From Bacteroidota bacterium (GTDB lineage: Bacteria; Bacteroidota; Bacteroidia; NS11-12g; UBA955): a DNA stretch of 64,000 nt. A program made the translations under genes and the position numbers. The notes below the pieces were generated by a model. That model ran no database searches and was not told the origin of the DNA. It saw only the letters and a program-made list of their open reading frames with translations. The stretch spans positions 12,338 through 76,337 of the forward strand of contig SYIL01000035.1 in NCBI GenBank assembly GCA_005798825.1, given 5' to 3'. Within the stretch, counting starts at the first letter, position 1. Each line of letters starts with the position of its first letter. Of the stretch, positions 20,403 through 31,251 are shown piece by piece.

Positions 20403-21227
20403 ATGTCAAACAACTTGTTAAAAGGAAAAAAAGGCATCATTTTCGGTGCGTTGAACGCGAACTCTATCGCTTGGAAAGTCGCTGAACTTTGCCATGCCGA
20501 AGGCGCCCAAATCGTATTAACCAATGCGCCGGTGGCCGCGAAAATCGGACAAACAGAAGCGTTGGCAAAGACCTTGAATGCCCCCTTGATTTATGCCGAT
20601 GTGACCAAAATGGAAGACCTGGAGAATTTGGTGGCCGGTGCTACCGAAGCTTTGGGAGGTTCTTTGGATTTCGTGCTTCACAGTGTGGGCATGAGTTTGA
20701 ACATTCGCAAGAAAAACCCTTACTCCGACTCTAACTACGAGTATATGCACCAAACCCTCGACATCAGCGCGATGTCGTTCCACCGTTTGATGCAAACCTT
20801 GATGAAAAAAGACGCCATGAACGAATGGGGTAGCATTGTAGCACTGAGTTACATCGCTGCGCAACGCACATTCCCTGATTATGGTGAAATGGCCGATGCC
20901 AAATCATTGTTGGAAAGCTTCGCCCGCTCTTTTGGATATCACTACGGCAAGAAAAAGCACGTTCGTGTAAATACCATCAGCCAAAGTCCAACCCCAACCA
21001 CCGCGGGTTCAGGCGTTGGCGGGTTCGATGCGTTTTTCAACTATGCCGATAAAATGAGTCCTTTGGGCAATGCCAGTGCAGCCGCTTGTGCTGAATATTG
21101 TGTGAGCTTATTCTCAGATTACACCCGCATGGTAACCATGCAAAACCTTTTCCACGACGGTGGTTTCAGCTTCACTGGAATCTCTAACGATTTGATGGAC
21201 GGTTTCCGCAACGCGGCCGCTGAATAA
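20403..21227 (+). CDS. fabI: Enoyl-[acyl-carrier-protein] reductase (NADH) FabI
   Basis: MSNNLLKGKKGIIFGALN....SIAWKVAELCHAEGA matches the FabI N-terminus. The short-chain dehydrogenase fold is present. The ORF-track start at 20385 is a GTG. Confidence 0.85.
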   Translation: MSNNLLKGKKGIIFGALNANSIAWKVAELCHAEGAQIVLTNAPVAAKIGQTEALAKTLNAPLIYADVTKMEDLENLVAGATEALGGSLDFVLHSVGMSLNIRKKNPYSDSNYEYMHQTLDISAMSFHRLMQTLMKKDAMNEWGSIVALSYIAAQRTFPDYGEMADAKSLLESFARSFGYHYGKKKHVRVNTISQSPTPTTAGSGVGGFDAFFNYADKMSPLGNASAAACAEYCVSLFSDYTRMVTMQNLFHDGGFSFTGISNDLMDGFRNAAAE

Positions 21228-21230
21228 TCG

Positions 21231-24200
21231 CTACTGGTAAATAACCACTTGGGCTGTCTGTAAACGACGACCATTTGCTAATAATGTCAACCAATACATT
21301 CCGGAAGGAAGGTAGGACACATCGATCGACATTTTATTGCCGTTGAAATAATCCCATTTTTGTTCGAAGTAGGTCGTTTTTCCTGTGATGTCCATCAAAA
21401 GGAAATTATTCCCTTCTTGACTAGAAAACCCCAGTTCCACATTCAACATACCAGTAATTACCGGGTTGGATTGAATATGGAAGTATGTCCTTTTAGGGCC
21501 ATCCGTCACAGAAGAAACCACGCCACCGAATTCGTGCGCTCCGATATCAAATTTGGTACCTGCGGGTATTGAGCTGCCCCAAAAATCGCGTACACCCACG
21601 GAAAGTCCCATTTCCTTGGATAAATCAAGCCCTGCATCTTTGGCTGGAGAACCCGAGACCAACTGAAATTGGTTTAATGTATTGTTGTCTTTGGGATACA
21701 ACAATGTGGCAGTATTAGCGGTACCCGTAAGTGCTGGATCAGATTCCAATCCCACGTTATTCCCGTTCAATTTTTCATTGCCCGAAGAACGAAACGCCGA
21801 CAAACTGCTGTAACTATTGCCATAGATTATTTTGAAAGTACCCCCTGAACTCCAATACAAATTTCCCATGAATACAGGATTTTGGGGCAAAAAGGTGGCA
21901 GGGACATGAACCAACGAAAGTGGGCCTGCACTGCCAGATCCCGATACTTGGAAAATATTGTTGTAACATTTCACCCCAGACATGTTGGTTCCATAATCCG
22001 TCATTTGAAATGCACCGAATGTCGTGTATTTATTCTTCGTTGAACCACTTACGTACACTGTATTATTGTAAAAATTCAGTCCATTCCAAGTCGTATTTGG
22101 GGCAGTAAAAAGTGTCACAGCGCTATTATTGGTGCGGGCATCGTTAATGCTAATATTGTATCGAACAGTATTGCTACCCCAAGCGCGGGCACCAGTAAAA
22201 TTGCCCAACAAATAGCCGGCACCGTCGTTATCATGAGAGTAACAGTATTGAACTACTGAATTCGTTACGCCACCATCCAAATCAAATCCCAACCCATCAC
22301 AGCCGGTGGATGACCCTGACGAATTGTGATGCGATTCACAATATTGAATGGTCACGTTGTCGGCCGACCATACCCAAATGCCGCCCGGTCCCCCGCAAGC
22401 TGAATTCAATGTACCCGTATTGTAAGCAACGCATCGCTCAATGACCGAATAATCAATTTGAGATAGTACGATGCCGCTGCCTTTGTGACTGCCAGCAGCA
22501 TAGCCTGTAATGTTGTATACTTCTGTGTTGCGAATTTGAAAATCGCTGTGATGATAAAAATTGGTCGTTTGGTCATCATACGCGAATGAAACGATGCCAT
22601 TTTCCCGACAATCGTGTACTGAACAACTATCCATTCGAACCCCTCGGTAACCGGCTTTTACCGACGGTGACCAACTTGAATAAAACCGTACTCCACAGTA
22701 ACCAAATCCGTAGACCTCCACGTTGGCTAGGGATATATTTGACAAATAGCCCGAGGATTTGTCTGTATAAAACAATATCCCATCAATGTCTTTTTGGGTA
22801 CCATTACCGGGTCCTTTGAATACCAAATTGCGTACATGAACACCTTGTAAATTGGTGGCTTTGAAACCGCATTTCGTGGTAACTGTGGTATTGATTGTGG
22901 CCCTACCCGATCCATAGGTTGAAAAGACCACTGGCTTGAGGGCAATATTTCCGTCCAAAGCATCCACTTCGATGTTTCCAGTGAATGTCTTTCCCCCTTC
23001 AAACAAAACCCGATCACCCGGCTGAAAAACCTGTGCATTGACTTTTGAAAGAGACGTCCACGCTGTGGCTAGTGTCAGTCCGTCAGTATTGTTCCCAGTG
23101 GTATTTACATAATAGGTTTTACCGGCACTTGGACTGGGAGAAGAGCCGTCATTGAACAATTCCAACAAACCTTGTGCATACCATCTTGCCAAGTAATCGT
23201 TGGGGTGTAGCGAATTCGCTGTACAGTGCTTAGCCCCCTTTCTTCGGTATACAGTATCGCTCATGGTGGTCATGTCCATTACTGCGATACCCGATGCCCC
23301 CAATGATTTTAGCTGCGAGAGAAATCCATACATCAAAACATCCCCGTTACTCGGTGAGCCTTGGGAATTGACATCTGGCAACATATTGCCGATGAGAATA
23401 AACTCTGCATTAGGACAGTCCTTTTTAATTTTATCAATGCAAGACTGCATACTGGCTTTAAACGATGCGTTCGACGTGCCCCAGATATCGTTCATGCCCA
23501 TATCCAAAATCACCAAATCTGGACTGTTGGGGTTCAGCATGCTCTTACAATATTGATCGATCCATGCCACGGTTTTTCCTCCACACGAACCATTAATCAT
23601 GGTGATGTTTCCACCAAATTTCGCCAACAACCCTTCGCCCAATAAATCTACATAACTGTGCATATAGGGTTTGGTTGGTTTAAAATTCTTATCATCTCCT
23701 GCAAATCCACTTACATTCAAACCCGCAGTAATACTCATTCCGTAGGCTTGAATCACCAAGGCTTGCTTGTTTTTCAATTTCGACATGGTCTTTGGTAACA
23801 AATCACCCTTGTAGCCAAAAATCGTCTTAGCACCCCAGTCACCGCGATCTGGAATGTACGTAACACATGTCCATGATGTGGGGTTGGTATTCGTCAAACC
23901 ATTCGATTGGCCGTTGCCTTTCACGCCCCCTTTGACAACATAAGTAGCTGACACTGCCGATGATTTTTGGGTGATTGTTCTACCACTCACTGCGTAATCC
24001 GTATTAACCGAGAATATTTTTGAAAAGTCATAGTTGGTGACTTTGACAATTTGTTTGGGTTTGAACATCAAATTGGCCGTGCTGTTGACGCCTGAAAGCA
24101 AAACCAACTCGTTAAAAATGGTATCCGAATTCCAAAAAGATTGCAAATATTCGCGCGTATTACTTGTAGGGGCATTGCTGCTGTAGTTGGGAAATTCATA

Positions 24201-24461
24201 ATACCCGCCACTGCTTGGAGTCACTACCACCCATGCCGCTTTTGCAGGGGTTGCAGACCATCCTGCTTCCGCTGCATCAACCGATAGAAGTAAATTGCTA
24301 TTTACATCGTAAAAATCACACTTTCCACCGGCATAATAAATAATATTTGGTTTGGCAGCCACGGCACCCGCAGGTGGCTGTGCAATGGCTGGAATTGAGA
24401 GCAGAAAGCCCATAAAAAATGCAGAAAAAAACCTTGATTGTTTGAATAATTTTTCCATCAT
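21231..24461 (-). CDS. Secreted multidomain protein with an SGNH/GDSL-like hydrolase region, a right-handed beta-helix region and a T9SS C-terminal domain
   Basis: A signal peptide is present (MMEKLFKQSRFFSAFFMGFLLSIPAIAQ). The SGNH blocks are present (YGMSITAG, DLVILDMGMNDIW). A long Asn/Gly-rich beta-helix-like segment follows. The T9SS tail reads ...MYWLTLLANGRRLQTAQVVIYQ. The ORF track starts at a TTG (24482). Confidence 0.55.
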   Translation of the reverse strand: MMEKLFKQSRFFSAFFMGFLLSIPAIAQPPAGAVAAKPNIIYYAGGKCDFYDVNSNLLLSVDAAEAGWSATPAKAAWVVVTPSSGGYYEFPNYSSNAPTSNTREYLQSFWNSDTIFNELVLLSGVNSTANLMFKPKQIVKVTNYDFSKIFSVNTDYAVSGRTITQKSSAVSATYVVKGGVKGNGQSNGLTNTNPTSWTCVTYIPDRGDWGAKTIFGYKGDLLPKTMSKLKNKQALVIQAYGMSITAGLNVSGFAGDDKNFKPTKPYMHSYVDLLGEGLLAKFGGNITMINGSCGGKTVAWIDQYCKSMLNPNSPDLVILDMGMNDIWGTSNASFKASMQSCIDKIKKDCPNAEFILIGNMLPDVNSQGSPSNGDVLMYGFLSQLKSLGASGIAVMDMTTMSDTVYRRKGAKHCTANSLHPNDYLARWYAQGLLELFNDGSSPSPSAGKTYYVNTTGNNTDGLTLATAWTSLSKVNAQVFQPGDRVLFEGGKTFTGNIEVDALDGNIALKPVVFSTYGSGRATINTTVTTKCGFKATNLQGVHVRNLVFKGPGNGTQKDIDGILFYTDKSSGYLSNISLANVEVYGFGYCGVRFYSSWSPSVKAGYRGVRMDSCSVHDCRENGIVSFAYDDQTTNFYHHSDFQIRNTEVYNITGYAAGSHKGSGIVLSQIDYSVIERCVAYNTGTLNSACGGPGGIWVWSADNVTIQYCESHHNSSGSSTGCDGLGFDLDGGVTNSVVQYCYSHDNDGAGYLLGNFTGARAWGSNTVRYNISINDARTNNSAVTLFTAPNTTWNGLNFYNNTVYVSGSTKNKYTTFGAFQMTDYGTNMSGVKCYNNIFQVSGSGSAGPLSLVHVPATFLPQNPVFMGNLYWSSGGTFKIIYGNSYSSLSAFRSSGNEKLNGNNVGLESDPALTGTANTATLLYPKDNNTLNQFQLVSGSPAKDAGLDLSKEMGLSVGVRDFWGSSIPAGTKFDIGAHEFGGVVSSVTDGPKRTYFHIQSNPVITGMLNVELGFSSQEGNNFLLMDITGKTTYFEQKWDYFNGNKMSIDVSYLPSGMYWLTLLANGRRLQTAQVVIYQ

Positions 24462-24608
24462 CCCACTAAAATTTAATTGCAAGGCAGACGCAAAAAGAAA
24501 CTTATTTGTTGCCTGACAGCTGTAGAATCCGATCGAACCCGTTTAACTATAAACGACAGCAGCATTTGATTCACACGTAACGGCGCTGCAGAATAATACT
24601 CCTTATTC

Positions 24609-25244
24609 TTAAGGCGATAACCGGGTTTTTACCCATGCGCCTTCCACTTTTTGGTAGCGTGCTCGGTCGTGAACCCGGCCAGGCCTACCCTGCCAAAATT
24701 CCATGCCGTCTACCACGATTTCATAACCGCCCCAGTGTTGAGGACGTTCAATTTTGATGCTTTCGTCAGCCATCAATGCCGCCATCTGCGCATCCAATAA
24801 ACTGCGATCTTCAATCACTTGACTTTGATTTGAGACCACAGCTCCCGCCTGCGAAATTCTGGGACGACTGTAAAAATAAGCGTCGCTATGGGCTTCGCTG
24901 ATCTTTCTTACCCTGCCCTCTACCCTCACCTGTCGCTCCAACTCAGCCCAAAAAAACACAGCTGACACAAAGGGATTCTCCAACAGCTCCCGGCCTTTTC
25001 TACTCTTGTAATTCGTAAAAAAAACAATGCCTTCGGTCGTAATTTCTTTCAACAATACCACCCTTGATGAGGGTCTGTGCTCAGCGTTCACCGTACCCAA
25101 AATCATGGCATTGGGTTCCAATGCTTGGGAATCAATGGCCTGCTGAAACCATCCACGGAATTCTGTGAGAGGGTCATCGCCCATTTCTTTCGGCTCCAAT
25201 GCACCTTTCGTGTACTCTTTTCGGATGTCGGCGATGTTCTTCAT
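24609..25244 (-). CDS. pdxH: Pyridoxamine 5'-phosphate oxidase PdxH
   Basis: The PNPOx fold motifs are present and the C-terminal ...RLSP is typical. The length is 211 aa. Confidence 0.8.
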   Translation of the reverse strand: MKNIADIRKEYTKGALEPKEMGDDPLTEFRGWFQQAIDSQALEPNAMILGTVNAEHRPSSRVVLLKEITTEGIVFFTNYKSRKGRELLENPFVSAVFFWAELERQVRVEGRVRKISEAHSDAYFYSRPRISQAGAVVSNQSQVIEDRSLLDAQMAALMADESIKIERPQHWGGYEIVVDGMEFWQGRPGRVHDRARYQKVEGAWVKTRLSP

Positions 25245-25255
25245 GATTTTTGCAA

Positions 25256-26586
25256 TTAACGGCGCATGCCCGGCAAATTCGGCATCTTTGGCATTCTTCC
25301 GCCTGAGTTGTTCATCATCTTCATCATTTTGCGCATTTGCTCAAATTGCGCGAGTAATTTATTGATATCTTGAATAGATTTACCACTTCCACGAACAATA
25401 CGCTGTTTCCGACTGGCGTTCAAAATTTCGGGGAAAGCGCGCTCTTTTGGGGTCATGCTCTGAATAATTGATTCGATGCCTTTGAACGCATTGTCATCAA
25501 TGTCTAACTCTTTGATTTGGCTACCCATTCCAGGCAACATACCCAACAAATCTTTCACATTGCCCATTTTTTTAATTTGTTGTAATTGCGATAGAAAATC
25601 TTCAAAGTCAAACTTGTTTTTAGCGATTTTTTTTGACAACCGTTCTGATTCTTCTTCATCAAAAACTGCTTGAGCCCTTTCTACCAGGGAAACCACATCA
25701 CCCATGCCCAAAATTCGGCCGGCCATACGATCGGGATAGAAGACGTCCAACGCCTCCATCTTCTCGCCCATGCTCACAAACTTGATGGGCTTGTTCACCA
25801 CTGTTTTGATGCTCAACGCAGCACCACCCCGTGTATCACCATCCAACTTGGTCAAAACAACCCCCGTGAAATCCAACACATCGTTGAACGCCTTGGCTGT
25901 ATTTACCGCGTCCTGTCCGGTCATTGAATCCACCACAAATAAAATTTCGTGGGGCTTAAGCACTCGCTTTAATTGGGCAATCTCATCCATCATTTTCTGA
26001 TCTACAGACAAACGACCCGCCGTATCCACAATCAAGACATTGTGGTTATTTTTTTTGGCAAATGCCAGCGCATTTTCTGCAATATGCACTGGATTATTAT
26101 TTGCATCCTCACTAAATACGGATACCCCTACTTGCTGTCCCAATACCTTTAATTGCTCACGCGCTGCAGGTCGATAAACGTCAGCCGCTACGAACAAGGG
26201 ATTGCGTCCCAATCCCTTTAAATACATACCCAATTTGCCCGTAAACGTGGTTTTTCCTGAACCCTGTAAGCCAGCAACCAATATAACTGTGGGACTGGCA
26301 TGAAGTTGTAAATCACTTTTTTCACCTCCCAATAATTTCACCAATTCATCATTTACTATTTTGGTCAATAGCTGGCTGGGAGAAATGGATTTTATCACTT
26401 CCTGACCCTTGGCTTTTTCTAAAATAGTTTCGGTAAAATCTTTGGCAATTTTAAAATTAACATCGGCTGCAATCAATGCCCTTCTAATTTCCTTGACTGT
26501 ATCGGCAACGTTGATTTCATTGATTCTTCCCTGGCCCTTTAGTGTCTTAAAAGCCTTTTCCAAGCGGTTCTGTAGATTCTCAAACA
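25256..26586 (-). CDS. ffh: Signal recognition particle protein Ffh
   Basis: MFENLQNRLEKAFKTLKG matches the Ffh N-terminus. The GTPase P-loop is present (GLQGSGKTT). A Met-rich M domain lies at the C-terminus. The ORF-track start at 26629 is a GTG extension. Confidence 0.9.
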
Positions 26587-26639
26587 TAGGTAGTACAAAT
26601 TTAGTAAAAGCGATTACTTTTTGGTTCACAAAATCTAAT

Positions 26640-26647
26640 TACCTTTG
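26640..26647 (+). promoter_or_regulatory. Candidate -7 element TACCTTTG upstream of the lipoprotein gene
   Basis: The motif matches TAnnTTTG. It lies 6 nt before the ATG at 26654. Confidence 0.3.
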
Positions 26648-26653
26648 ACAGAC

Positions 26654-27382
26654 ATGAAAATTATACACCCTATTTTTGTCGTTTTCCTGCTATTAATGCT
26701 GGCTTCTTGCAGAAATAACAAAGACAAGTCCACTGAACGGGCCTATACCATGAGTTTGGCTGCTGGCGACTATCAAACAGCGACCCAGCTACTGACCTAC
26801 TGGGTAAATAATGACACCAGTATCCAATCATGGGCTTATGATAGTTTGGCTTATTTTCACTTTTTCCACAATGGAATGGTGGGTGGGCAAACGGTTCGCA
26901 ATACAAAAACACCCATGTACTATGTGGATCTTGGTCTGAATCTCAATCCGAAAAATACATTTTTACGCGAAATAAAATCAAAGTTGTATTTAGAACAGGG
27001 TAAAGACACTGCTTGTATGCTAATTTTTCAAGAACTGTGGAATGAAACCAAAGACCCGACATTTTGGTGGGATATGTGTTTTGTGGAAATGGCACGTGGA
27101 AATATCAATACTTGTGATTCGATGGTTACGATGGCACTGAAAGACACCACATTAAACCAGGGTAAAGTGCGAATGGAACATATTCAAGCCCATGTTCAAG
27201 AGCATGTGCGTGCAAAAGCAGCGTTTGTGTATTTACAAGCCCTTATGCTCAATGCAATAGGAGATGTCCTGAATTCGGCCAGCGCATTGCAGGAAGCACT
27301 GAGAATAGATCCCAATTTTTTCGCTGCCAAGCAAAGCATATTGGATTTACAGCGAATTGCTGCCCAAAAACAGGGTCGCTAA
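26654..27382 (+). CDS. Hypothetical lipoprotein (TPR-like helical)
   Basis: A signal peptide with a lipobox is present (MKIIHPIFVVFLLLMLASC). No recognisable catalytic motif was found. Confidence 0.35.
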   Translation: MKIIHPIFVVFLLLMLASCRNNKDKSTERAYTMSLAAGDYQTATQLLTYWVNNDTSIQSWAYDSLAYFHFFHNGMVGGQTVRNTKTPMYYVDLGLNLNPKNTFLREIKSKLYLEQGKDTACMLIFQELWNETKDPTFWWDMCFVEMARGNINTCDSMVTMALKDTTLNQGKVRMEHIQAHVQEHVRAKAAFVYLQALMLNAIGDVLNSASALQEALRIDPNFFAAKQSILDLQRIAAQKQGR

Positions 27383-27558
27383 AGTATTTGAATATCGGTA
27401 AAAATCGTATGTAGCCTCTTAAACAATCAACAAATGCTTGGTTTTGTTTGCGTTGATTAAATACCAAAGGCGGATGTTGAATTTCGTAACCGTGTGTGGC
27501 CCTTTCCTCAGCATGCTGGTCATAATCCTAAACCATTTCGTTAGTCTGAAAATAGACT

Positions 27559-28056
27559 TTACTGCTCGAGTGTTTCTATCCGCTTCAGTTGAAATTCATC
27601 TTTAAGAACATGATAGGCCATCTCTGCGTAATACAATAACGCGTCGACAATATTGCCCAAATCTGTATGACGAAATCCATCACCAGGAACCCGGTAGATG
27701 AGAGCCACAACATTGTCTTTTGAATTGTAAGTAAACTTTCCATACAATAAATTAAGGTTGACTGTAAGCAATTCTTCTAAAAAGGCTTCTCGTTTTAAGC
27801 TAGGCGCATAACAAAATGGAATTGTAAGTTGAAAAGTGGATTTATCCGTTTCAAAAATAAAATAATTCCAAGGAGATTTTTGCTCTGCATTCCAGGCATC
27901 AATAAAAATGGATGTTTCATTCCGCATTAAGAACCACTGCCCTAATTCCTCTCCTTTTGCAGTTTGGGGGTCGACACCCAAGTCGTGAATCCCTTGCTCT
28001 ATATTGTTTACCAATTGCGTTAATTCCATTGTGCAAAGTTCTGTAAATTCAGCCAA
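27559..28056 (-). CDS. Hypothetical cytoplasmic protein (possibly YbjN-like)
   Basis: 165-aa ORF with no signal peptide. The start is a TTG at 28056 or the ATG at 28029. The family assignment is weak. Confidence 0.3.
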   Translation of the reverse strand: MAEFTELCTMELTQLVNNIEQGIHDLGVDPQTAKGEELGQWFLMRNETSIFIDAWNAEQKSPWNYFIFETDKSTFQLTIPFCYAPSLKREAFLEELLTVNLNLLYGKFTYNSKDNVVALIYRVPGDGFRHTDLGNIVDALLYYAEMAYHVLKDEFQLKRIETLEQ

Positions 28057-28130
28057 ACCCCTTCTGAAAATAGGAATGAATTAAAATAAATTTAACCCCC
28101 CAGATAGGACATTGTTCTCACTGTGTTTTT

Positions 28131-29483
28131 CTACGATGGGTTACTGGGCTTGCTGAAGAGGTAAAATATAAATCCCAAAACGGCGGTCGATAAACCATAC
28201 ATGCTCTCTAAAGGTTTTTCTTGAATAAAAAAAACGGCAACTGCACCTGTTGTTACTATAAACACAATGGGGGTAATGGGATACCCCCATGCGCGATACC
28301 CTTGCGGTTTGCCTTGTTGAATTCGCAATACAATCATTCCTAAAACAGTAATCATCGTAAACAAACTCAAGGTAAATGCGATATAATATATTAATTGGGG
28401 GAAATTCATAACGAGTATCAATACCAAAGCAAGAATCATTTGAACAACAATGGCCCGGCGAGGATTTCCGTCCTCCTCCCGTTTGGAAAACACCGATAAT
28501 CGAGGAATTGACTCAAACATTTTAGCCAATACTCGGGAGCCTGTAAAAACCATAGAACTAATAGTAGAAACCAATAAAATACTAATAACGCCTCCCATTA
28601 TTTCACCAAATTTTATTCCAAACAAGGCCTTACCAGCAACCAATCCAACTTCTTTTATTCCTTCTAAATTTTCCAGATTGGTAGACATCATCAAAACCAT
28701 GTTAAGCAACACGTACAAAATAGTCACCATTAGGGTCCCAAAAATTATGCTGCGTGATAAATTTTTTTTTGGATTCTCAATAGAGCCTGCTATATAGCTG
28801 CTTGCATTCCACCCACTGTATGCAAAACTTACCCAAATTAAACTTGTGGCAAAAGCAGGGGTGATAACATAGAATATCGACCAAGAATTACCGGCACCTT
28901 CTTGAGAATTAATGGGTCTAAAAATCTCCGCCACAGCTTGCTCATTCGGGAGAAAATTCACATATTCGGTTGCCATGGCAAATCCCAAAACAATAAACAA
29001 GACAATCATTCCCACTTTAAGAACTGTTGAACCCTTTTGAAAATCAATTCCCAAACGGGCATTCCACCAATGTATACAGCTAATGATAACAATAACCCCA
29101 ATGCCCAGTATCATTTCATTAATCCAAGGCCAAACACCATGCATATATGCTCCCAAAGCAAGCGCAGCCCCTGCAATGGGTGCAGCAAATCCGACAGTTG
29201 AACTCACAAACCCAGCTACAAAACCCAATGCAGGATGAAATATTTTGGATAGAAAATAGTATTCGCCCCCATCTTCAGGCAAACGAGTAGCCAATTCTGC
29301 ATAACAAACCGCACCCGAAAAAGCCAAAATACCCCCGATAATCCAAACCATGGATATGCCAAAACCACTTTGAATTTCAACCAATTGAAAACCTAGACTG
29401 GTAAAAATACCTGTCCCAATCATATTTGCAACCACAATACTCATTGCCCCAAACAAATTGACATTTCTTCTGGTAGTATTCAT
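28131..29483 (-). CDS. Amino acid permease (APC superfamily)
   Basis: MNTTRRNVNLFGAMSIVVANMIGTGIF matches the APC consensus. Roughly 12 TM helices are predicted. The ORF-track start at 29504 is a TTG. Confidence 0.75.
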   Translation of the reverse strand: MNTTRRNVNLFGAMSIVVANMIGTGIFTSLGFQLVEIQSGFGISMVWIIGGILAFSGAVCYAELATRLPEDGGEYYFLSKIFHPALGFVAGFVSSTVGFAAPIAGAALALGAYMHGVWPWINEMILGIGVIVIISCIHWWNARLGIDFQKGSTVLKVGMIVLFIVLGFAMATEYVNFLPNEQAVAEIFRPINSQEGAGNSWSIFYVITPAFATSLIWVSFAYSGWNASSYIAGSIENPKKNLSRSIIFGTLMVTILYVLLNMVLMMSTNLENLEGIKEVGLVAGKALFGIKFGEIMGGVISILLVSTISSMVFTGSRVLAKMFESIPRLSVFSKREEDGNPRRAIVVQMILALVLILVMNFPQLIYYIAFTLSLFTMITVLGMIVLRIQQGKPQGYRAWGYPITPIVFIVTTGAVAVFFIQEKPLESMYGLSTAVLGFIFYLFSKPSNPS

Positions 29484-29519
29484 TTTGACTGCAAAAAAAG
29501 GCAATTACGCGAATGTTGC

Positions 29520-29527
29520 TATTTTTG
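29520..29527 (+). promoter_or_regulatory. Candidate -7 element TATTTTTG upstream of the amidohydrolase gene
   Basis: The motif matches TAnnTTTG. It lies 4 nt before the ATG at 29532. Confidence 0.3.
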
Positions 29528-29531
29528 TTGC

Positions 29532-30560
29532 ATGCTTTCGCCGCAGAAATTTTTTACCGTTGACATTCACACCCATATAATTCCCGAAAATTTACCCCGT
29601 TGGAAGGAAAAATTTGGCTACGGAGAATTTATTCATCTCGAACACCATAAACCTTGTTGTGCCAAAATGATGGTGGATGATGCTTTCTTCCGCGAAATAG
29701 AAAGCAATTGCTGGGATCCACAACAAAGGCTCACAGAATGTGGACAAAACCACATTGATGTTCAGGTCTTAAGTACAATCCCAATCATGTTTAGCTATTG
29801 GGCTGAGCCAAAAGATGGATTGGAAATTGCCCAATTTCTGAATGACCATATTGCAGGTGTTTGTTCACGCTATCCCAAGCGATTTGTAGGATTGGGAACC
29901 TTACCCATGCAACACAGCGAATTGGCCATTAAAGAATTGCGCCGGTGTAAAGAAATTGGACTAAAAGGCATACAAATAGGTTCACATGTGAACCACCTCA
30001 ACCTCAATGACCCCTCTGCCTTTCCAATCTTTGAAGCGATGCAAGATTTAGACATGGCTTTATTTGTTCATCCCTGGTGGTATTCTGCAAATAAAAAAAT
30101 GCCAGATTATTGGTTGCCTTGGCTGGTTGGAATGCCAGCTGAAACTTCCTTGGCCATCTGTTCGATGATATTTGGTGGAATTTTTGAACGTTTGCCTCGA
30201 CTGAGGGCAGCCTTTGCCCATGGAGGTGGTTCATTTCCTTCCACCATAGGAAGAATTGAGCACGGCTGGTATGCTCGACCCGACTTGGTAGCAATCGATA
30301 ATCCCCATAATCCAAAAAAATATTTGGGACACTTCTGGCTGGACAGCCTGGTACATGACTCAAAAATGTTGCATTACCTTATTGATTTGATCGGCCCCAA
30401 TCGCATTGCCTTGGGATCGGACTATCCTTTTCCCCTGGGTGAAGACAATCCAGGCTCCTTGATTCGGAACTGCAATTTTACCCCTGAAATAACGAGCCAA
30501 TTATTGGGAACTTCAGCCTTGGAATGGCTTAATATGAATTTATCTGATTTTGGTCGTTGA
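29532..30560 (+). CDS. Amidohydrolase-2 family protein (ACMSD-like decarboxylase/hydratase)
   Basis: The metal-binding VDIHTHIIP motif is present, with His and Asp residues later (FVHPWW, GSDYPFP). The length is 342 aa. Confidence 0.6.
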   Translation: MLSPQKFFTVDIHTHIIPENLPRWKEKFGYGEFIHLEHHKPCCAKMMVDDAFFREIESNCWDPQQRLTECGQNHIDVQVLSTIPIMFSYWAEPKDGLEIAQFLNDHIAGVCSRYPKRFVGLGTLPMQHSELAIKELRRCKEIGLKGIQIGSHVNHLNLNDPSAFPIFEAMQDLDMALFVHPWWYSANKKMPDYWLPWLVGMPAETSLAICSMIFGGIFERLPRLRAAFAHGGGSFPSTIGRIEHGWYARPDLVAIDNPHNPKKYLGHFWLDSLVHDSKMLHYLIDLIGPNRIALGSDYPFPLGEDNPGSLIRNCNFTPEITSQLLGTSALEWLNMNLSDFGR

Positions 30561-31061
30561 TATCACTTCCTTCACAATACAATCAATGGCGTCGTACTCG
30601 TATCCTTTGCCCAGAAGAAAACGCTGCAGTTTTGCGACCTTTTCCCTGTGAGAAGCTGCCCTGATGAATGGCCATTTTTTTTGTGCCAAGGCGTGTAATG
30701 TTTTTTGATAATCTGCCAATCCCAAGCAAGCGAGTGCTTCTTGTATCAATCGCTCGCCAATACCCTCTCGCTTAAGCCCTTGTTTTATCTTTAGGCGTCC
30801 CCAATGCTTGATATTGAATTTCCCCCGTGCATACGCCATGGCAAATCGCGTTTCATTCAGAAAATTATTTTGCATCAACTCTACCAATAAAAGATCAGCA
30901 TCTATAGCATGCAATCCGAGTCTCTCCAATTTGCGTTTTACCTGAAGGTGGCTTCGCTCCTGATAGGCACAAAACTTTTCTATTTTGGGCCGAGCCTGCG
31001 AAGGGGTATACGTTTTTTTGAATGGGGCAGAACTGTTCTCCATAAATACATCAGAATCCAT
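30540..31061 (-). CDS. recX: Regulatory protein RecX
   Basis: KIEKFCAYQERSHLQVKRKLERLGL and repeated helical RecX-like modules are present. The ATG at 31061 is preferred over the TTG at 31085. Confidence 0.55.
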   Translation of the reverse strand: MDSDVFMENSSAPFKKTYTPSQARPKIEKFCAYQERSHLQVKRKLERLGLHAIDADLLLVELMQNNFLNETRFAMAYARGKFNIKHWGRLKIKQGLKREGIGERLIQEALACLGLADYQKTLHALAQKKWPFIRAASHREKVAKLQRFLLGKGYEYDAIDCIVKEVISTTKIR

Positions 31062-31251
31062 TGCAAAAATATCGTTTATTGTCAAGAAAATGGCAAGACC
31101 CGAAACGGTTAGAAGAGATCAATGAGCGATTCACCTTAAGAGCTTTATAGGTTGACGAGGGTATAGTTTGCGAGGTGGGGGTGTGCGATTGGAAAAAACT
31201 GACAAAATTGCAGTTGTATAAAATTGGTACGACGATTGTTAAAAGGAACGC

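Noticed and set aside
28741-28770. A9/T9 homopolymer inside the amino acid permease CDS (and A9 at about 44921 in rlmN) as phase-variation sites
   Set aside because: Both encode Lys-Lys-Asn/Lys runs in essential-looking housekeeping genes. These are more likely ordinary AT-rich codon usage than contingency loci.
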